In this document: positions 11,129-22,567 of the stretch, piece by piece
Position numbering within the stretch: position 1 is the stretch's first letter
How the letters are laid out: the number at the start of each line of letters is the position of its first letter
From: Thermodesulfobacteriota bacterium
GTDB taxonomy: Bacteria > Desulfobacterota > Desulfarculia > JACQYL01
NCBI GenBank assembly: GCA_963675595.2
Contig: CAXXLZ010000002.1
Location: forward strand, 4,544,001-4,608,000
DNA: 64,000 nucleotides
Direction: 5' to 3'
Position numbers and translations under genes: made by a program
The notes under the pieces: generated by a model
Databases searched by the model: none
Told to the model about the DNA's origin: nothing
Seen by the model: the letters and a program-made list of their open reading frames with translations, nothing else

Positions 11129-12735
11129 CAAGGAGAAGTATCGTGTCTCCGAAATCTCCACAGACCGTCGACCCGGTGAATCCCATCCTTCTCGAAGTGT
11201 TCAAGAACCGATTCGCTTCGATTTGTGAGGAGATGGGCGTCACCCTGACGCGTACCGCCTTTTCACCGAACATCAAGGAGCGCAGGGACTCTTCGTGCGC
11301 CGTGTTCGATTCGGAAGGCCGAATGGTGGCCCAGGCGGCTCACATTCCCGTGCATCTGGGTTCCATGCCTCTCTCGGTGCAATCCGCCATTCAAAGCGTG
11401 GATTTCAACGAAGGGGATATGGTGATGCTGAACGATCCGTTCAAAGGGGGAACTCATCTGCCCGACATCACCTTGGTGGCGCCGGTGTTCGCCGGTGAAG
11501 CTTCGGCGGCGTTCTATGTGGCCAACCGGGCCCACCATGCCGACGTGGGCGGAATGACTCCCGGCTCCATGCCTCTCTCCACTTCCCTGTTTCAGGAGGG
11601 CATCATCATTCCTCCGCTCAAGATATTGGAGGAGGGCCGGTTGGATCGCAAATTACTTTCCTTCTTCCTCAACAACGTACGCACTCCGGAGGAGCGGGAG
11701 GGAGACCTGTCGGCGCAGATCATGGCCAATACCACGGGGATTCGAAGACTTGGAGAGCTGATCCGGAAGTCCGGTCTGGAAACCGTCCGCCTTTTTTCAT
11801 CCGCTCTGCTGGATTACGCGGAGATCGTCGTCCGAAAGACCATTGCAGGCATCCCAAGAGGTGAATACGAATTTGAAGACTTCCTTGAGGACGACGGCGT
11901 GGGAGCGGCGAACATTCGAATCCACGTTCGCATGGAAACCCGCGACGATCGGCTCATTCTGGATTTCAGCGAGTCGGCGCCTCAGGTGCGGGGCTGCGTC
12001 AACGCGAACCGTGCGATTACCCTGTCCGCGGTGCTCTATGTGCTGCGTTCATTGGTGGACGCGGATATTCCCGCCAACGCCGGTTGTATGCGCCCCATTG
12101 AGGTGATTACCAAACCCGGCAATATCGTTGACGCGACGTTCCCGGCCGCGGTAGCCGGCGGCAATGTGGAAACCTCTCAACGGCTCGTGGATGTGATCTT
12201 GGGAGCCTTGGCCGGCGCCTTGCCGGGGAGAATCCCCGCCGCCTCCCAGGGAACCATGAACAACGTGACCATCGGCGGTACGGACCCTGCGACGAACAGA
12301 CCTTTCGCCTACTATGAGACCCTGTGCGGAGGCATGGGGGCGTCCTCGAAAAGCGACGGAGAACATGCCGTTCATTCCCATATGACCAACACCATGAATA
12401 CTCCCGTGGAGGCACTGGAATACAGTTATCCTTTTCAGGTTACGGAGTACTCCATCCGTCGAGGCTCCGGCGGAAAGGGACGACGCTCCGGAGGAGACGG
12501 CGTGATCCGGGAGATCCGCATGCTCGCCGAGGCGGAGGTCACGGTGTTGTCCGAACGCAGAACTCTTTCCCCGTATGGTCTCGGAGGGGGAGAGCCGGGG
12601 GGGTGCGGAGTGAACACGGTTGTCCGTGGAGGCGAAAAACGGGAGATGCCCGGGAAGTTCGGTACGCTCCTCGGACCCGGCGATGTGCTCCGCATCGAAA
12701 CGCCCGGTGGGGGAGGCTACGGTAAGCCCGAGTGA
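11125..12735 (+). CDS. hydantoinase B/oxoprolinase family subunit
   Basis: SPNIKERRD, HIPVHLGSM, GGTHLPD, HHADVGG, TPGGGGYG. Confidence 0.92.
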   Translation: MTRRSIVSPKSPQTVDPVNPILLEVFKNRFASICEEMGVTLTRTAFSPNIKERRDSSCAVFDSEGRMVAQAAHIPVHLGSMPLSVQSAIQSVDFNEGDMVMLNDPFKGGTHLPDITLVAPVFAGEASAAFYVANRAHHADVGGMTPGSMPLSTSLFQEGIIIPPLKILEEGRLDRKLLSFFLNNVRTPEEREGDLSAQIMANTTGIRRLGELIRKSGLETVRLFSSALLDYAEIVVRKTIAGIPRGEYEFEDFLEDDGVGAANIRIHVRMETRDDRLILDFSESAPQVRGCVNANRAITLSAVLYVLRSLVDADIPANAGCMRPIEVITKPGNIVDATFPAAVAGGNVETSQRLVDVILGALAGALPGRIPAASQGTMNNVTIGGTDPATNRPFAYYETLCGGMGASSKSDGEHAVHSHMTNTMNTPVEALEYSYPFQVTEYSIRRGSGGKGRRSGGDGVIREIRMLAEAEVTVLSERRTLSPYGLGGGEPGGCGVNTVVRGGEKREMPGKFGTLLGPGDVLRIETPGGGGYGKPE

Positions 12736-12909
12736 TCGAATTTCGTCGTATGGGAAGTTCGAAAACGCACGAGTCAAACGATGCACTATCAGGGCGTATT
12801 CCGACTCCATGGGACGCTTCGTACCAGCCGGAATAACCGATGCTTGGAGGCGGTGCGGTGGTTCCGCCCAACCGCAAACCAAATGCGGCGAACGAAAGGA
12901 GAGTAGTGC

Positions 12910-13389
12910 ATGGAATATACCTTCCATCCCATCGGGGTGATTCGTACGCCCTATGGGGAGACTTCAGGAATCCCCATCCAGGGGGTGTTTGGTCCCGAAT
13001 CCAAGGGCACGGTGGAAGTGTTTGAACCCTTTGCCGAAGGACTGGCGGACATCGAAGGATTTTCACACCTTTATCTGATCTATGTGTTCCACCGCTCTGA
13101 GGGATATCGACTGAAAGTCAAACCTTACATGGACGACCGGGAACGCGGACTTTTCGCGGTGAGGGCGCCCAAACGACCCAACGCCGTCGGATTGAGCGTG
13201 GTTCGCCTCGATCGTCGGGAAGGTCGGATTTTGCACATTTCAGAGGTGGATATGTTGGACGAAACGCCTCTGTTGGACATCAAGCCATTCGTGCCCAGGT
13301 TCGATCATCGGGAAAACGCTCGCGTGGGATGGATGGAAGAAGCGTTCCGGCGGGAGGACCATCGCAAAGTGTCGGACGACCGCTTCTGA
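12910..13389 (+). CDS. tsaA: tRNA (t6A37) N6-methyltransferase TrmO/TsaA family
   Basis: PIGVIRTPY, GFSHL, GLFAVRAPKRPN, TPLLDIKP. Confidence 0.85.
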   Translation: MEYTFHPIGVIRTPYGETSGIPIQGVFGPESKGTVEVFEPFAEGLADIEGFSHLYLIYVFHRSEGYRLKVKPYMDDRERGLFAVRAPKRPNAVGLSVVRLDRREGRILHISEVDMLDETPLLDIKPFVPRFDHRENARVGWMEEAFRREDHRKVSDDRF

Positions 13390-13446
13390 AGGCTGTCCGT
13401 CGTACCGGCGTTTTGGGATGGGCCTGATCGGCGGCGAGCTCGGGCG

Positions 13447-13486
13447 AAAAAAAAGCGCCCCCCCGCAAAACGGAGGAGCGCTCTTT
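13447..13486 (-). terminator. intrinsic terminator of cold-shock gene
   Basis: On the minus strand, GC stem GAGCGCTCCTCCG/CGGGGGGGCGC followed by T8. Confidence 0.75.
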
Positions 13487-13504
13487 CAAGCGATGGGCTT
13501 GGGG

Positions 13505-13705
13505 CTAAACCACGGTGACGTTGACCGCGGCGGGACCCTTGGGACCCTGCGTTACTTCGAAGGTAACCCGATCGCCTTCATTTAGGGACCGAAAACCATT
13601 CGCGTTGATCGCCGAATGATGGACAAATACGTCCGGTCCGTCTTCCTGTTCGATGAAACCGAAACCTTTTTGGTCGTTAAACCACTTCACTGTTCCATTG
13701 GCCAT
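13505..13705 (-). CDS. cold-shock protein (CspA family)
   Basis: [13 protein letters not shown] (RNP1), DVFVH (RNP2); AAGGAGG RBS. Confidence 0.96.
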   Translation of the reverse strand: MANGTVKWFNDQKGFGFIEQEDGPDVFVHHSAINANGFRSLNEGDRVTFEVTQGPKGPAAVNVTVV

Positions 13706-15177
13706 AGTAACATCCTCCTTTCATGAAGATTCGAGGCCGTACACTGGAGGATGCCACTCTAACATATGGTTTTCTCCTTCAGAACGTACCCTCCCCGCCG
13801 AGCTAATAACGGCGCTTTTTTATTCAGAAAAGAATACACGTTTCGTGAAGAAATAGCAAAGAATATTTTCGGCTTTTTCGTTCGGGGTAACTGAAAATTT
13901 CGGTTTGAAATCATCAGTCATATCGGATGGTTGGGACGTGTCCCAACGCGAGGGGATGTGAAGGAGGGATAATCGCGGCCCGGCGTCCCCTTCGACCCCG
14001 CCCATGGGCACGTGCGTGGACGAAGCGCAAAGGGGATCATGTACCCCGGCGGCGGAAATCCGATGGGTTCATCTTGCACACAGAGAAAAGACATATCCGT
14101 CCGTCGGGGTGGTGGGCCGTGCCGAAGTTCCCATACCGTTTGAGCTTCTCTTTTCGCCCCGGGTTTTCGAGACCCTTGAGCATGGGGACGTTTCGGTCGT
14201 CGAAGCCGGGTGCTAAGGTTTTCACCGTTGATGCCGATTTTTTAGAGACGCCGCGGGCTCCGTCACGTCGGGTCAAACGGAGCCCGCTGCGTCAATGGTC
14301 TCAGCCTCGGCAGGGGAAAGGAATCCGATACACGCAACAGGAGAAAGGCGGGCGAGGAAGGCGGTTCTCCGGTAAAATCGTTGCCTTGGGTGTACATAGT
14401 ACCTAACGAAACGCATGATGCTTTGTCCTTGAAAAGTCGAAAGTAAAAAGCTACAGGAAGGCGACTTGTCCTACCAAGTTCGGAATGTGCCTGCCGGCAT
14501 CTTTCAAATCGGCACCCCGATCATGAGAAACCGATTTCAGGAAACCAACGACACCCTACAAAGGGTACGGACCGATGCGAAATCATTTCAGATTGGAGGC
14601 CCCGCTTCGTCTTGACGTGAGCAGCACCTCCAAAGACTTGTCGGGTAAGGTTCGGCGATTGGGACCGGGGACTCGGGGACACATCGCGGTCTTAACCGCT
14701 TGGTTTAAACGTACTCCACTCACAGGCACTTTTTGTGCGCCTCACTCGGGGTGGCGTGCCTGGAAATTAGGTGGGGGGGTGAGGAGGCGACCTTTCCCGG
14801 AATTTTAATTGCGACAGAGCGGCGGCAAAGCCTGCGAAATCCTTCCTTGACCCTCCGTACGATTGTCGGGTTGAACGTGCCCATAAGGTGAAAATGCTTC
14901 CGAAGAGCCGAATCGTAAACACGGAAGAAATAGCGATCCGGGAGGTCCGGTAGAAGGCTTCCGAACAATCAGGCGGCGAAGCGATTTTTTCGGACTCCAA
15001 ACCTGCGCACGATTCTTGAGCTTCATCCTGTAGAGAAATCCATTTCAATCCGAATTGTATCACGGCCTGTATGGATATGTTGAAAACGCCTTTGTTTCGC
15101 AGCATCCGGCGGGTGGACATATCCGCTGTTCGACTCCGCTTCCATGCTTCCTGCAAGCAAAAAGAATGAGGTTCGGC

Positions 15178-17337
15178 ATGAAGATCAAGAGCATCAAGGC
15201 AAAAATACTGGGAATCAACCTACTTGCGGTCTTTGTGACCGTTCTTGTGCTGATGGGGGTGATGGCCTACCAGAAGGATGGGATTCTACGCGAAGGCATG
15301 TCCACGAGAGCCAAAGTGGATGAGGAACTGGCCGCCATGATACACGCCGAGGTGGAGAAGACGGCCGGTTACGTCTATTTCACGTGCCGCACTCACAACG
15401 ACACGTTGGTTCAGAAAGTGGCCTATGACTTGAACGTTGCCCGGGATGTCCTGACTCGCGCCGGGAGCGTTTCCTTCTCGGAAAAGAACGTCGAATGGGA
15501 TGCGGTCAATCAGTTTACCAAGAAGTCGAGTATCGTTTCTCTACCCCAAATGCTCGTGGGTGACACCTGGTTGGGCAACAATCGAAGCATGGAACAACCC
15601 TCACCGGTGGTGGACGAAGTTCGAGATCTGGTGGGAGGAACCTGCACCATTTTCCAGCGCATGAATGACGCCGGAGACATGCTTCGGGTATGCACCAACG
15701 TCCGAAAGCTGGACGGTACCCGGGCCATCGGAACGTATATTCCGGCGTCCAACCCCGACGGCACTCCCAACGCGGTGGTTTCGACGGTATTGCGTGGAGA
15801 GACCTTCAAAGGGAGGGCCTATGTGGTGAACGCATGGTACCTGACCGCATACGAGCCCATCCGGGACGACCGGGGAACCGTGGTGGGCGTGCTCTACGTG
15901 GGAATTCCACAGGAGAATGTTCAAAGTCTTCGAGGGGGTATCAAAGAGATCGTCGTGGGAAAAACGGGCTATGCGTTCGTCATGGGAGGCAAGGGCCAGA
16001 GCAGGGGGCTCATGCTCATCCACAAAAAGGGCGACAATCTCGAAGGCCGGAATCTCTACGATGTGCCGGACGCTCGAGGCAAGATGTTCATCAGGGAGAT
16101 GATCGACTTGGCCCTCGAGGCCAAACCCGGGGAAGTCAAAATCTATCGCTATCTCTGGAAAAACAAGGGGGAGGCGCAACCGCGATGGAAAGTGGTTGGT
16201 TTGACCTATTTCGAGCCTTGGGACTGGGTCATCGGAGCGGGCGCCTACGAGGACGACTTCGTGGAGATTCAAGACCGGTTGGGGCAATCGCTGAACGCCA
16301 TCGACGCGGCGGTGGAGCACACCATGGGGTTTACCCTGATCAGTGGCGTCGTTCTCATCGGGTTGTTTTCCCTGCTGGCCTTTCTCGTTTCAGGAGCCAT
16401 CACGCGGCCTCTTAACCGGACCATCGAGTCCCTGACCGGGGTATCCGGCCACGTGGCGCGAAGCTCCGGAAAAATCCTGGAATCGAGCAGAAACGTATCC
16501 GAAGCCGCCACGGATCAGGCCTCCTCCATTGAGGAGACTTCGGCCTCGTTGGAAGAAACGTCGTCCATGACCCGTCAGAACGCGGACCATGCTTCCGAGG
16601 CCAACCAGCTTATGCATGCGGCGGAAGAAGAGCTGCGTCGGGCCGACCGGTCCATGGAAGAATTGATGCGGTCCATGAAGGAAATCACCGAAGCCAGTGT
16701 GGAAACCTCGAAAATCGTCCAGACCATCGACGGCATCGCGTTTCAGACCAATCTTCTCGCCTTGAACGCCGCGGTGGAGGCGGCCCGTGCGGGAGAGGCC
16801 GGAGCGGGCTTCGCCGTGGTGGCGGAAGAAGTGAGAAATCTGGCTCTCAGGTCGGCCGGTGCGGCTCGGAACACCGGGGAACTCATCGACACCACGTTGG
16901 ATCGCGTGCGGGCCGGTTCGGATTTGATGGAGAAAGCCGGCAAAGTGTTCCAGGACGTGGCGGAGCGAGTGCGCAAAGTGGGGGCTTTGGTGGAGGAGAT
17001 TTCGGAGGCTTCCGGTGAGCAGGCTCAGAGCATCGCCTACATCAATCAGGCCACCGGTCGCATGGAGCAGATGGTGCAACGGAATGTCGCGGCCGCCAAC
17101 GACACGGCTTCCGAGTCCGAGGACCTGCAAGCCCAGGCGCGAGCAATGAAAGAGCAGATCGTCGACCTGATCCGGCTGGTGAGGGGAAGCGACGGTACGG
17201 CCGAATCGGCGGTAGGTGCGGCTACGAAGCGTGGAGCGAGGCCGCAACTTCCCGGTGCGGGAGGACCTTCCCGTCCCCGCAAAGACGGCGTCGCCCTGCT
17301 GTCTCCGGGCAAGTCGGGGAAGAACCGGGTTGAGTGA
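15178..17337 (+). CDS. methyl-accepting chemotaxis protein with tandem Cache domains
   Basis: Two TM helices, periplasmic Cache-like region, [34 protein letters not shown]. Confidence 0.93.
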   Translation: MKIKSIKAKILGINLLAVFVTVLVLMGVMAYQKDGILREGMSTRAKVDEELAAMIHAEVEKTAGYVYFTCRTHNDTLVQKVAYDLNVARDVLTRAGSVSFSEKNVEWDAVNQFTKKSSIVSLPQMLVGDTWLGNNRSMEQPSPVVDEVRDLVGGTCTIFQRMNDAGDMLRVCTNVRKLDGTRAIGTYIPASNPDGTPNAVVSTVLRGETFKGRAYVVNAWYLTAYEPIRDDRGTVVGVLYVGIPQENVQSLRGGIKEIVVGKTGYAFVMGGKGQSRGLMLIHKKGDNLEGRNLYDVPDARGKMFIREMIDLALEAKPGEVKIYRYLWKNKGEAQPRWKVVGLTYFEPWDWVIGAGAYEDDFVEIQDRLGQSLNAIDAAVEHTMGFTLISGVVLIGLFSLLAFLVSGAITRPLNRTIESLTGVSGHVARSSGKILESSRNVSEAATDQASSIEETSASLEETSSMTRQNADHASEANQLMHAAEEELRRADRSMEELMRSMKEITEASVETSKIVQTIDGIAFQTNLLALNAAVEAARAGEAGAGFAVVAEEVRNLALRSAGAARNTGELIDTTLDRVRAGSDLMEKAGKVFQDVAERVRKVGALVEEISEASGEQAQSIAYINQATGRMEQMVQRNVAAANDTASESEDLQAQARAMKEQIVDLIRLVRGSDGTAESAVGAATKRGARPQLPGAGGPSRPRKDGVALLSPGKSGKNRVE

Positions 17338-17507
17338 TTTTTAGGGAATTCGTTGAACCTCTCCAGGCTGTTCAAAAACGTGAGGCGCGGGCTCCGAATT
17401 ATCCTTTCAGTTGCAAGCCATGACAATTCGATCGATTAGGAATCCGGGCGATGACCCGGGACCCGGATTCCGATAGGGGCAGGCCGGAGTGCTGCGCTGG
17501 AGGGGGC

Positions 17508-18362
17508 TTAGTTCGTCTCTCTCTTAAGCCGTTCCGCCTGCTCAAACCGAATCCCATCCTGAAACACGGAACCGAAAGGACGTGCGCGAAGCGCTTCCGC
17601 GCGTTCGTCCACGTCCTTTCTTATCCTCTCCAATTCGCGTTTCATCCGGGTGCGGACCAGTTTCCTGGCGCCGGAGGCGCCCAATCGGCGGAGTTCCTCC
17701 GCGGGAATCCGATCCAAGAAAGTCACGGTTGCGGCCACGGGACGGATCAACCGACTTCCGCGAGGCCAGGCCGAGTTGGTGCCGTCGATCACCACGGGAA
17801 TGATATCCAATTCGAGGTCCTCGGCCAGATGGAAGAAAAAGTTCCGGAACCGGCCCAGAGTCCGGTCCGAGGATCGGGTACCTTCCACAAAGGCCGGCAG
17901 GGACAAGCCTCTCCGCACCGCTTGCCCGGCCCGCTCCTTCATGGACAGCAGGTCCTGCAAACCCGTGATCACGAGGTCGTCGCGGCACCGGAGCAAAGGC
18001 AGCATGAGCCTTGTACGGCTCCGGGTCTGCTTCACGAACCAACGCCACGGCAATGGAAACGAAAGCAGCAGGATGACGTCCAGGAAAGACTGGTGGTTGC
18101 ATACGTAAAGCGCGGGTTTCTTCCTTTGTATCTTCGAAAACCCCCGGACTCGGATATCCGCGGAGGGGCAGACGAGCCATAATCCTCTGCACAGGAGCTG
18201 AAAGAGGCATTGGAAAAGATCGCCTCTCCGGCGGGCGAGTCGTTCCACGGCCAGAAGAAGAGGGGAGAAGGCCCACAGGACCGTCATGGAGGACAGGAAC
18301 CCGCACCAGAACCATAGTGTGTACACCAGATTTCGAGCTCTATCAGTTCGTGTCTCTTTCAC
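17508..18362 (-). CDS. lysophospholipid acyltransferase (PlsC/ApeD-like)
   Basis: NHQSFLD (HX4D), EGTRS; GTG start preceded by AAGGA. Confidence 0.85.
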   Translation of the reverse strand: MKETRTDRARNLVYTLWFWCGFLSSMTVLWAFSPLLLAVERLARRRGDLFQCLFQLLCRGLWLVCPSADIRVRGFSKIQRKKPALYVCNHQSFLDVILLLSFPLPWRWFVKQTRSRTRLMLPLLRCRDDLVITGLQDLLSMKERAGQAVRRGLSLPAFVEGTRSSDRTLGRFRNFFFHLAEDLELDIIPVVIDGTNSAWPRGSRLIRPVAATVTFLDRIPAEELRRLGASGARKLVRTRMKRELERIRKDVDERAEALRARPFGSVFQDGIRFEQAERLKRETN

Positions 18363-19554
18363 CTTGGTCCTTTTGGCTTCGTGTAATTCGATAGGTTCGG
18401 AATCCCAGGATGATTCCGGTGACGCAGGCGATTCCAAGCACGCAGGCCACGGTCAGGTGGATGCGGGTGAGCCATACCGCAGCGACATGGAACTGCGGGA
18501 TCGTCGTTTCAACCCCGGCGTCGTAGGTTGCACCGAAGATGGAGATGACCACGGCGAGAAGCGACAAAGCCGTTGCCGGGGTTCCGTGGGCGATCCCCAA
18601 GCCTGCGGCTTCACGGAAGTGATGAGGGTCCAGGTGAAGCCGTTGAGCGAAACGGAGGGCCGGAGGGCCGGCGGGCCGTCCGAAGAAGCAGACCCGAAGG
18701 AACGCTCCCAGGCCCGAGGCAACGGCGCGATCCACCGGTGGAGCGGCGGTCGACGAAGTTTCGATGGGTTCGGAGGGTTTGCGTGACGGGAACCGACGAA
18801 GCGCCGCCAGGACGGTTCGGCTGAAGTTGAACCAGGAGAATCGGACGTTGTCGCCAATGGGACGGAAACTCGACCGTTCACCGGAGGGGCCGTAGATGGT
18901 GCGAATCGGGATTTCCACTACGGGGATTCCGTTCCAAAGGGCTTGCACCAGGGTTTCGACCTCGAACTCATATCGTTTCAGACGCGTATTCAGACCGAGG
19001 ACGGCCTCCACCGGCAGCCCTCGATACCCACACTGGCAGTCGCGTATGTCACGCCCGGTTTGTCTCCTCATCCAGAAGGCGCTCACGTCCCTACCCACCC
19101 GGCTCCGCCGAGGGACCGAGGGCAATGTGAAGTCCCGATAGCCGCAGACCAGGCACCGGGGATGGGCCCGCACGGCCCGCACGAACCCGGGCAGGTCTTG
19201 GGGATCATGCTGGCCGTCCGCGTCGAGGGTAATCACGTGGGTCAGGCCGTGCCGACGAGCTTCCGACAGGCCGCTGCGAATCGCTTCTCCTTTCCCTCGG
19301 TTGGCTTCGTGGCGAACCAGGATTACCGGCTCCCGCTCCAGGACCCACGCCGTGGAGTCCGTACTTCCGTCATCCACCACGATCACTCGGGAAACGTGAC
19401 GCAGGCACTCCCGAATGACGCTTCCTACGGTGGACGCATTGTTGAATACGGGGATCAGCGCCCCGATGACGACTGTTGGGTCCATGAGAGAGGGCACGGC
19501 TCGACGTAACCTCGGCCGGTAATCCGAGGATGGATCATGTGGTAGTTTGGACAA
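18343..19554 (-). CDS. glycosyltransferase family 2 with C-terminal membrane region
   Basis: IPVFN, VDDGSTD, NRGKG, DADGQH, DCQCGYR; alternative start ATG 19485. Confidence 0.88.
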   Translation of the reverse strand: MSKLPHDPSSDYRPRLRRAVPSLMDPTVVIGALIPVFNNASTVGSVIRECLRHVSRVIVVDDGSTDSTAWVLEREPVILVRHEANRGKGEAIRSGLSEARRHGLTHVITLDADGQHDPQDLPGFVRAVRAHPRCLVCGYRDFTLPSVPRRSRVGRDVSAFWMRRQTGRDIRDCQCGYRGLPVEAVLGLNTRLKRYEFEVETLVQALWNGIPVVEIPIRTIYGPSGERSSFRPIGDNVRFSWFNFSRTVLAALRRFPSRKPSEPIETSSTAAPPVDRAVASGLGAFLRVCFFGRPAGPPALRFAQRLHLDPHHFREAAGLGIAHGTPATALSLLAVVISIFGATYDAGVETTIPQFHVAAVWLTRIHLTVACVLGIACVTGIILGFRTYRITRSQKDQGERDTN

Positions 19555-19782
19555 ACGCCGGATTGAAGAATCCGAACTTACACGGGCGAGTCTTCCGGGT
19601 CAAGATGCCCGAGCGGCGTTTTCCAAATCACCGCGTCCGGGCAACGGGGCGAAGAGCGTTACCGTTGACGTTCGAAGCGCCGCAATGCTAAATGCAATGC
19701 TGCACGTCGGACGTGACCGTTGCTTGGGAATTCAAAATGTCGGGGGGCTTCGGGGATAGACGCTCTCCGTTGGGAAAGGCGG

Positions 19783-20235
19783 ATGAGCGGCAAAGGTGCG
19801 CTGATTTTGGGATCGGATATTGAACGGTACCTTCCTCACCGGGAACCCGTGTTGATGGTTCAGGAGATTCTGGAGGAAACCGACGACGGCCTGACGGCGT
19901 CGGCCCTTTTGGGAAAAGACTTCCCTTTTCAGGACGCCCAAGGGTTCGTGTACGATTCGGTTTGGTGCGAACTGGCCGCCCAAGCGTCTGCCGTGTTCCT
20001 GAAACGAAGGAGCGAAGACCCGGATGAAATGGGTCTGTTGACCGGAATCAACGACTTCCGGATTCACCGTGCGACGGCATTGCCCGCGGAAGTTTCGGTA
20101 CGCATTGCCTTTTCCCGACGAATTGGACAAGTATTCGTTTTTTGGGGAGAAGTCCGTCTTGCCGGCGGCATACCGGTGGCCGAGGGAGAACTGGTTTTTT
20201 TTGTACAGCCTTCCGAAGAGAGTCCGAAAGACTGA
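19783..20235 (+). CDS. hotdog-fold 3-hydroxyacyl-ACP dehydratase (ApeP/FabZ-like)
   Basis: YLPHREPVLMV, ELAAQ. Confidence 0.75.
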   Translation: MSGKGALILGSDIERYLPHREPVLMVQEILEETDDGLTASALLGKDFPFQDAQGFVYDSVWCELAAQASAVFLKRRSEDPDEMGLLTGINDFRIHRATALPAEVSVRIAFSRRIGQVFVFWGEVRLAGGIPVAEGELVFFVQPSEESPKD

Positions 20236-20236
20236 T

Positions 20237-20617
20237 ATGGACGATCGTTCGGCAATCGATAAGAGGCCCTTCCTGGATCGCCTGGAGAATCAGGGCCTTT
20301 CATTGGAGGACCGTTCGCTCAAAACGCGCCGGCTGCTTCCCTTTGATTTGCCCGTGTTCGCGGGCCACTTTCCCGGTCGCCCCCTATTACCCGGATTTCT
20401 CGAGGTGTGGATGGCCGTTGAGGGGGCTTCCCTTCTCGCCGGGCGCCCCTTGGGTGTCCAAAGTTTGGACAAAGTGCGTTTCCATCAGCCGCTTCTTCCG
20501 GGGGACCTTGTGGACATGACGGTACGTTGGGATCCCGATCGTTTTCAGGCTTCCGCGGTCCTCACAAAGGATGGGGCCAAAGCGGCCGTGTTGCGCATGA
20601 CCTTGGTTCCCCGATGA
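20237..20617 (+). CDS. hotdog-fold dehydratase (ApeI/FabZ-like)
   Basis: FAGHFPGRPLLPG, VRFHQPLLPGD. Confidence 0.8.
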   Translation: MDDRSAIDKRPFLDRLENQGLSLEDRSLKTRRLLPFDLPVFAGHFPGRPLLPGFLEVWMAVEGASLLAGRPLGVQSLDKVRFHQPLLPGDLVDMTVRWDPDRFQASAVLTKDGAKAAVLRMTLVPR

Positions 20618-21594
20618 TGGTGAAACACCGGAAAGCGTTTCGGACCTGGACGCGGGCTCGGGGCAACGTGATCGGATACCGGCTGGTCCTCCTGCTTTGT
20701 CGCTTGTTCGGCTTTGGGGCGGCCGGGATGATCGTGGCGACGGGCACCCTGTTTTACGCATTGTTCGCGCGTGACGCGCGTGAGGGGTCGCTGGATTATC
20801 TCCGGCGCGTGGGTCCGGCGGGCCGAGGACCGGTGAGGGACTTTCTCCTGGTATGGAAGCATTTCAGGAGCTTCGGGAAAGTGATCCTGGACCGTTTGCG
20901 GCTATATGAGGAAGGTCCCGAAGCGTTCGAAATCCGGGGAAGGCTTGGCGAGGACCTCATTCGGCTGCGAGATCTGGGAAAGGGATGCATCATCGCGGGG
21001 GCCCACGTGGGGGCTTTTGAATTGGCCTCGGCTCTATTCGAGCCCCTGGGCGTGACCATGGTCATTGTCATGCTGAACCGGGAAAAGGAGACGGTTCGGA
21101 AATTCATAGAAGGGAAACGTCGAGGCAAAGGCATTCGAATTCTGTGGGTAGGGGAGGAAGACGAACTCGGTACGGCTCTGGCGGTTTATCGGCTGCTCAG
21201 ACAAGGTTGTTTCGTGGCCATGAGCGTGGACCGGTACCTTTCCGATGCCAACGCGAGCGAGGTGGAATTTCTGGGGAGCCCGGCTCGCTTTAATTTAGGG
21301 GTTTTCATGGCTGCGGGCATGGCCGGGGCGCCGATTTTCTCCTCATTCCTTATTCAAAGCGGAGAGGCATACCGTTTTCTGAGTTTTCCCATACTGTGGG
21401 TTCACGGGCGCAACCGGCGTGAAATGGAGGAAGCGGCCAAGAGTGCGTTGTGCGAGTACGTGAAATACCTGGAGAAAGTGGTGGAATGCCGCCCGTTCCA
21501 ATGGTATAATTTTTACTTATTCTGGAAAAAGGAGCAGCTTCAGCCTCACGATGGGAACCGCGCTCGTCACCGGGGCTTCGGGCGGCATTGGTAG
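20614..21594 (+). CDS. LpxL-family (lipid A lauroyltransferase-like) acyltransferase
   Basis: AHVGAFE (HX4E), VEFLG, PFQWYNFY. Confidence 0.8.
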   Translation: MMVKHRKAFRTWTRARGNVIGYRLVLLLCRLFGFGAAGMIVATGTLFYALFARDAREGSLDYLRRVGPAGRGPVRDFLLVWKHFRSFGKVILDRLRLYEEGPEAFEIRGRLGEDLIRLRDLGKGCIIAGAHVGAFELASALFEPLGVTMVIVMLNREKETVRKFIEGKRRGKGIRILWVGEEDELGTALAVYRLLRQGCFVAMSVDRYLSDANASEVEFLGSPARFNLGVFMAAGMAGAPIFSSFLIQSGEAYRFLSFPILWVHGRNRREMEEAAKSALCEYVKYLEKVVECRPFQWYNFYLFWKKEQLQPHDGNRARHRGFGRHW

Positions 21595-22273
21595 CGCCGT
21601 TGCGACAGTCCTTGCCCGCCGGGGTCATACCGTTCTCCTGCACTATCATCGGGATGTCCAAGGCGTTGAAGCCCTGGCCCGGCGCATAGCCGCCGAGGGG
21701 GGCCGAACGGAGATTCTGCGGTTCGATGTCTCGGATCGTGAGGCTGTGGACAAGGCCGTTTCCGATTGGACTTCCCAAGGCGGCTCCATCGACATTTTGG
21801 TGAACAACGCAGGCATCGCGAAAGACAGCCTCTTCTATTGGATGACTCACGAGGACTGGGACGCCGTGATCCGGACGAATCTGACCGGCGTATACAATGT
21901 GACCCGTTCCGTGGTGCCGGTCATGGTGAAGCAGCCTTCCGGAGTCATCGTCAATATTTCATCCATTTCCGCCTTGAGCGGAAACGTGGGCCAAACCAAC
22001 TATTCGGCAGCCAAGGCGGGCCTGATCGGATTCACCAAGTCGCTGGCGCAGGAACTCGCGCGGCGCAATATTCGGGTGAACGCCGTGGCTCCGGGCATCA
22101 TCAAGACGGAAATGGTTCGGGACCTTCCCAAAGATTTCCTGAAGAGGATTCCCGTGAGGAGAATGGGCACACCCGAAGAGGTGGCCGGAGTCGTAGCCTT
22201 TCTTTGTTCCGAAGAGGCCTCCTATATTATCGGAGAAACGATCAACGTGAACGGCGGATTCTATTGCCAATAG
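21551..22273 (+). CDS. fabG: 3-oxoacyl-ACP reductase (ApeQ/FabG-like)
   Basis: TGASGGIG, NNAG, YSAAK, VNAVAPG. Confidence 0.88.
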   Translation: MGTALVTGASGGIGSAVATVLARRGHTVLLHYHRDVQGVEALARRIAAEGGRTEILRFDVSDREAVDKAVSDWTSQGGSIDILVNNAGIAKDSLFYWMTHEDWDAVIRTNLTGVYNVTRSVVPVMVKQPSGVIVNISSISALSGNVGQTNYSAAKAGLIGFTKSLAQELARRNIRVNAVAPGIIKTEMVRDLPKDFLKRIPVRRMGTPEEVAGVVAFLCSEEASYIIGETINVNGGFYCQ

Positions 22274-22283
22274 GATGAGCTGA

Positions 22284-22538
22284 ATGAAACCGGAAGAGCT
22301 CAAGCAGATCGTCGACCGGATGCTGATTGAAGAATTCGAGATTGAACCCGAGGAAATCCGAAGCGACGCCCTGCTGAAGGACGACTTGGACCTGGACTCT
22401 CTGGATGCCGTGGACATGATCGTCTATTTCGAGAAGAAGTACGGGATCAAGATTGAACCCGAATCGGCCCAGCAAATAAGAACCGTGGGTGATATCTACG
22501 AATTCATGCAGGAAATGATGGACAAACACTCTTCCTGA
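22284..22538 (+). CDS. acyl carrier protein
   Basis: LDLDSLDAVD phosphopantetheine motif; acidic, 84 aa. Confidence 0.93.
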   Translation: MKPEELKQIVDRMLIEEFEIEPEEIRSDALLKDDLDLDSLDAVDMIVYFEKKYGIKIEPESAQQIRTVGDIYEFMQEMMDKHSS

Positions 22539-22567
22539 AAGTTTGATTCCCGGAGGTCGCAAAGACC

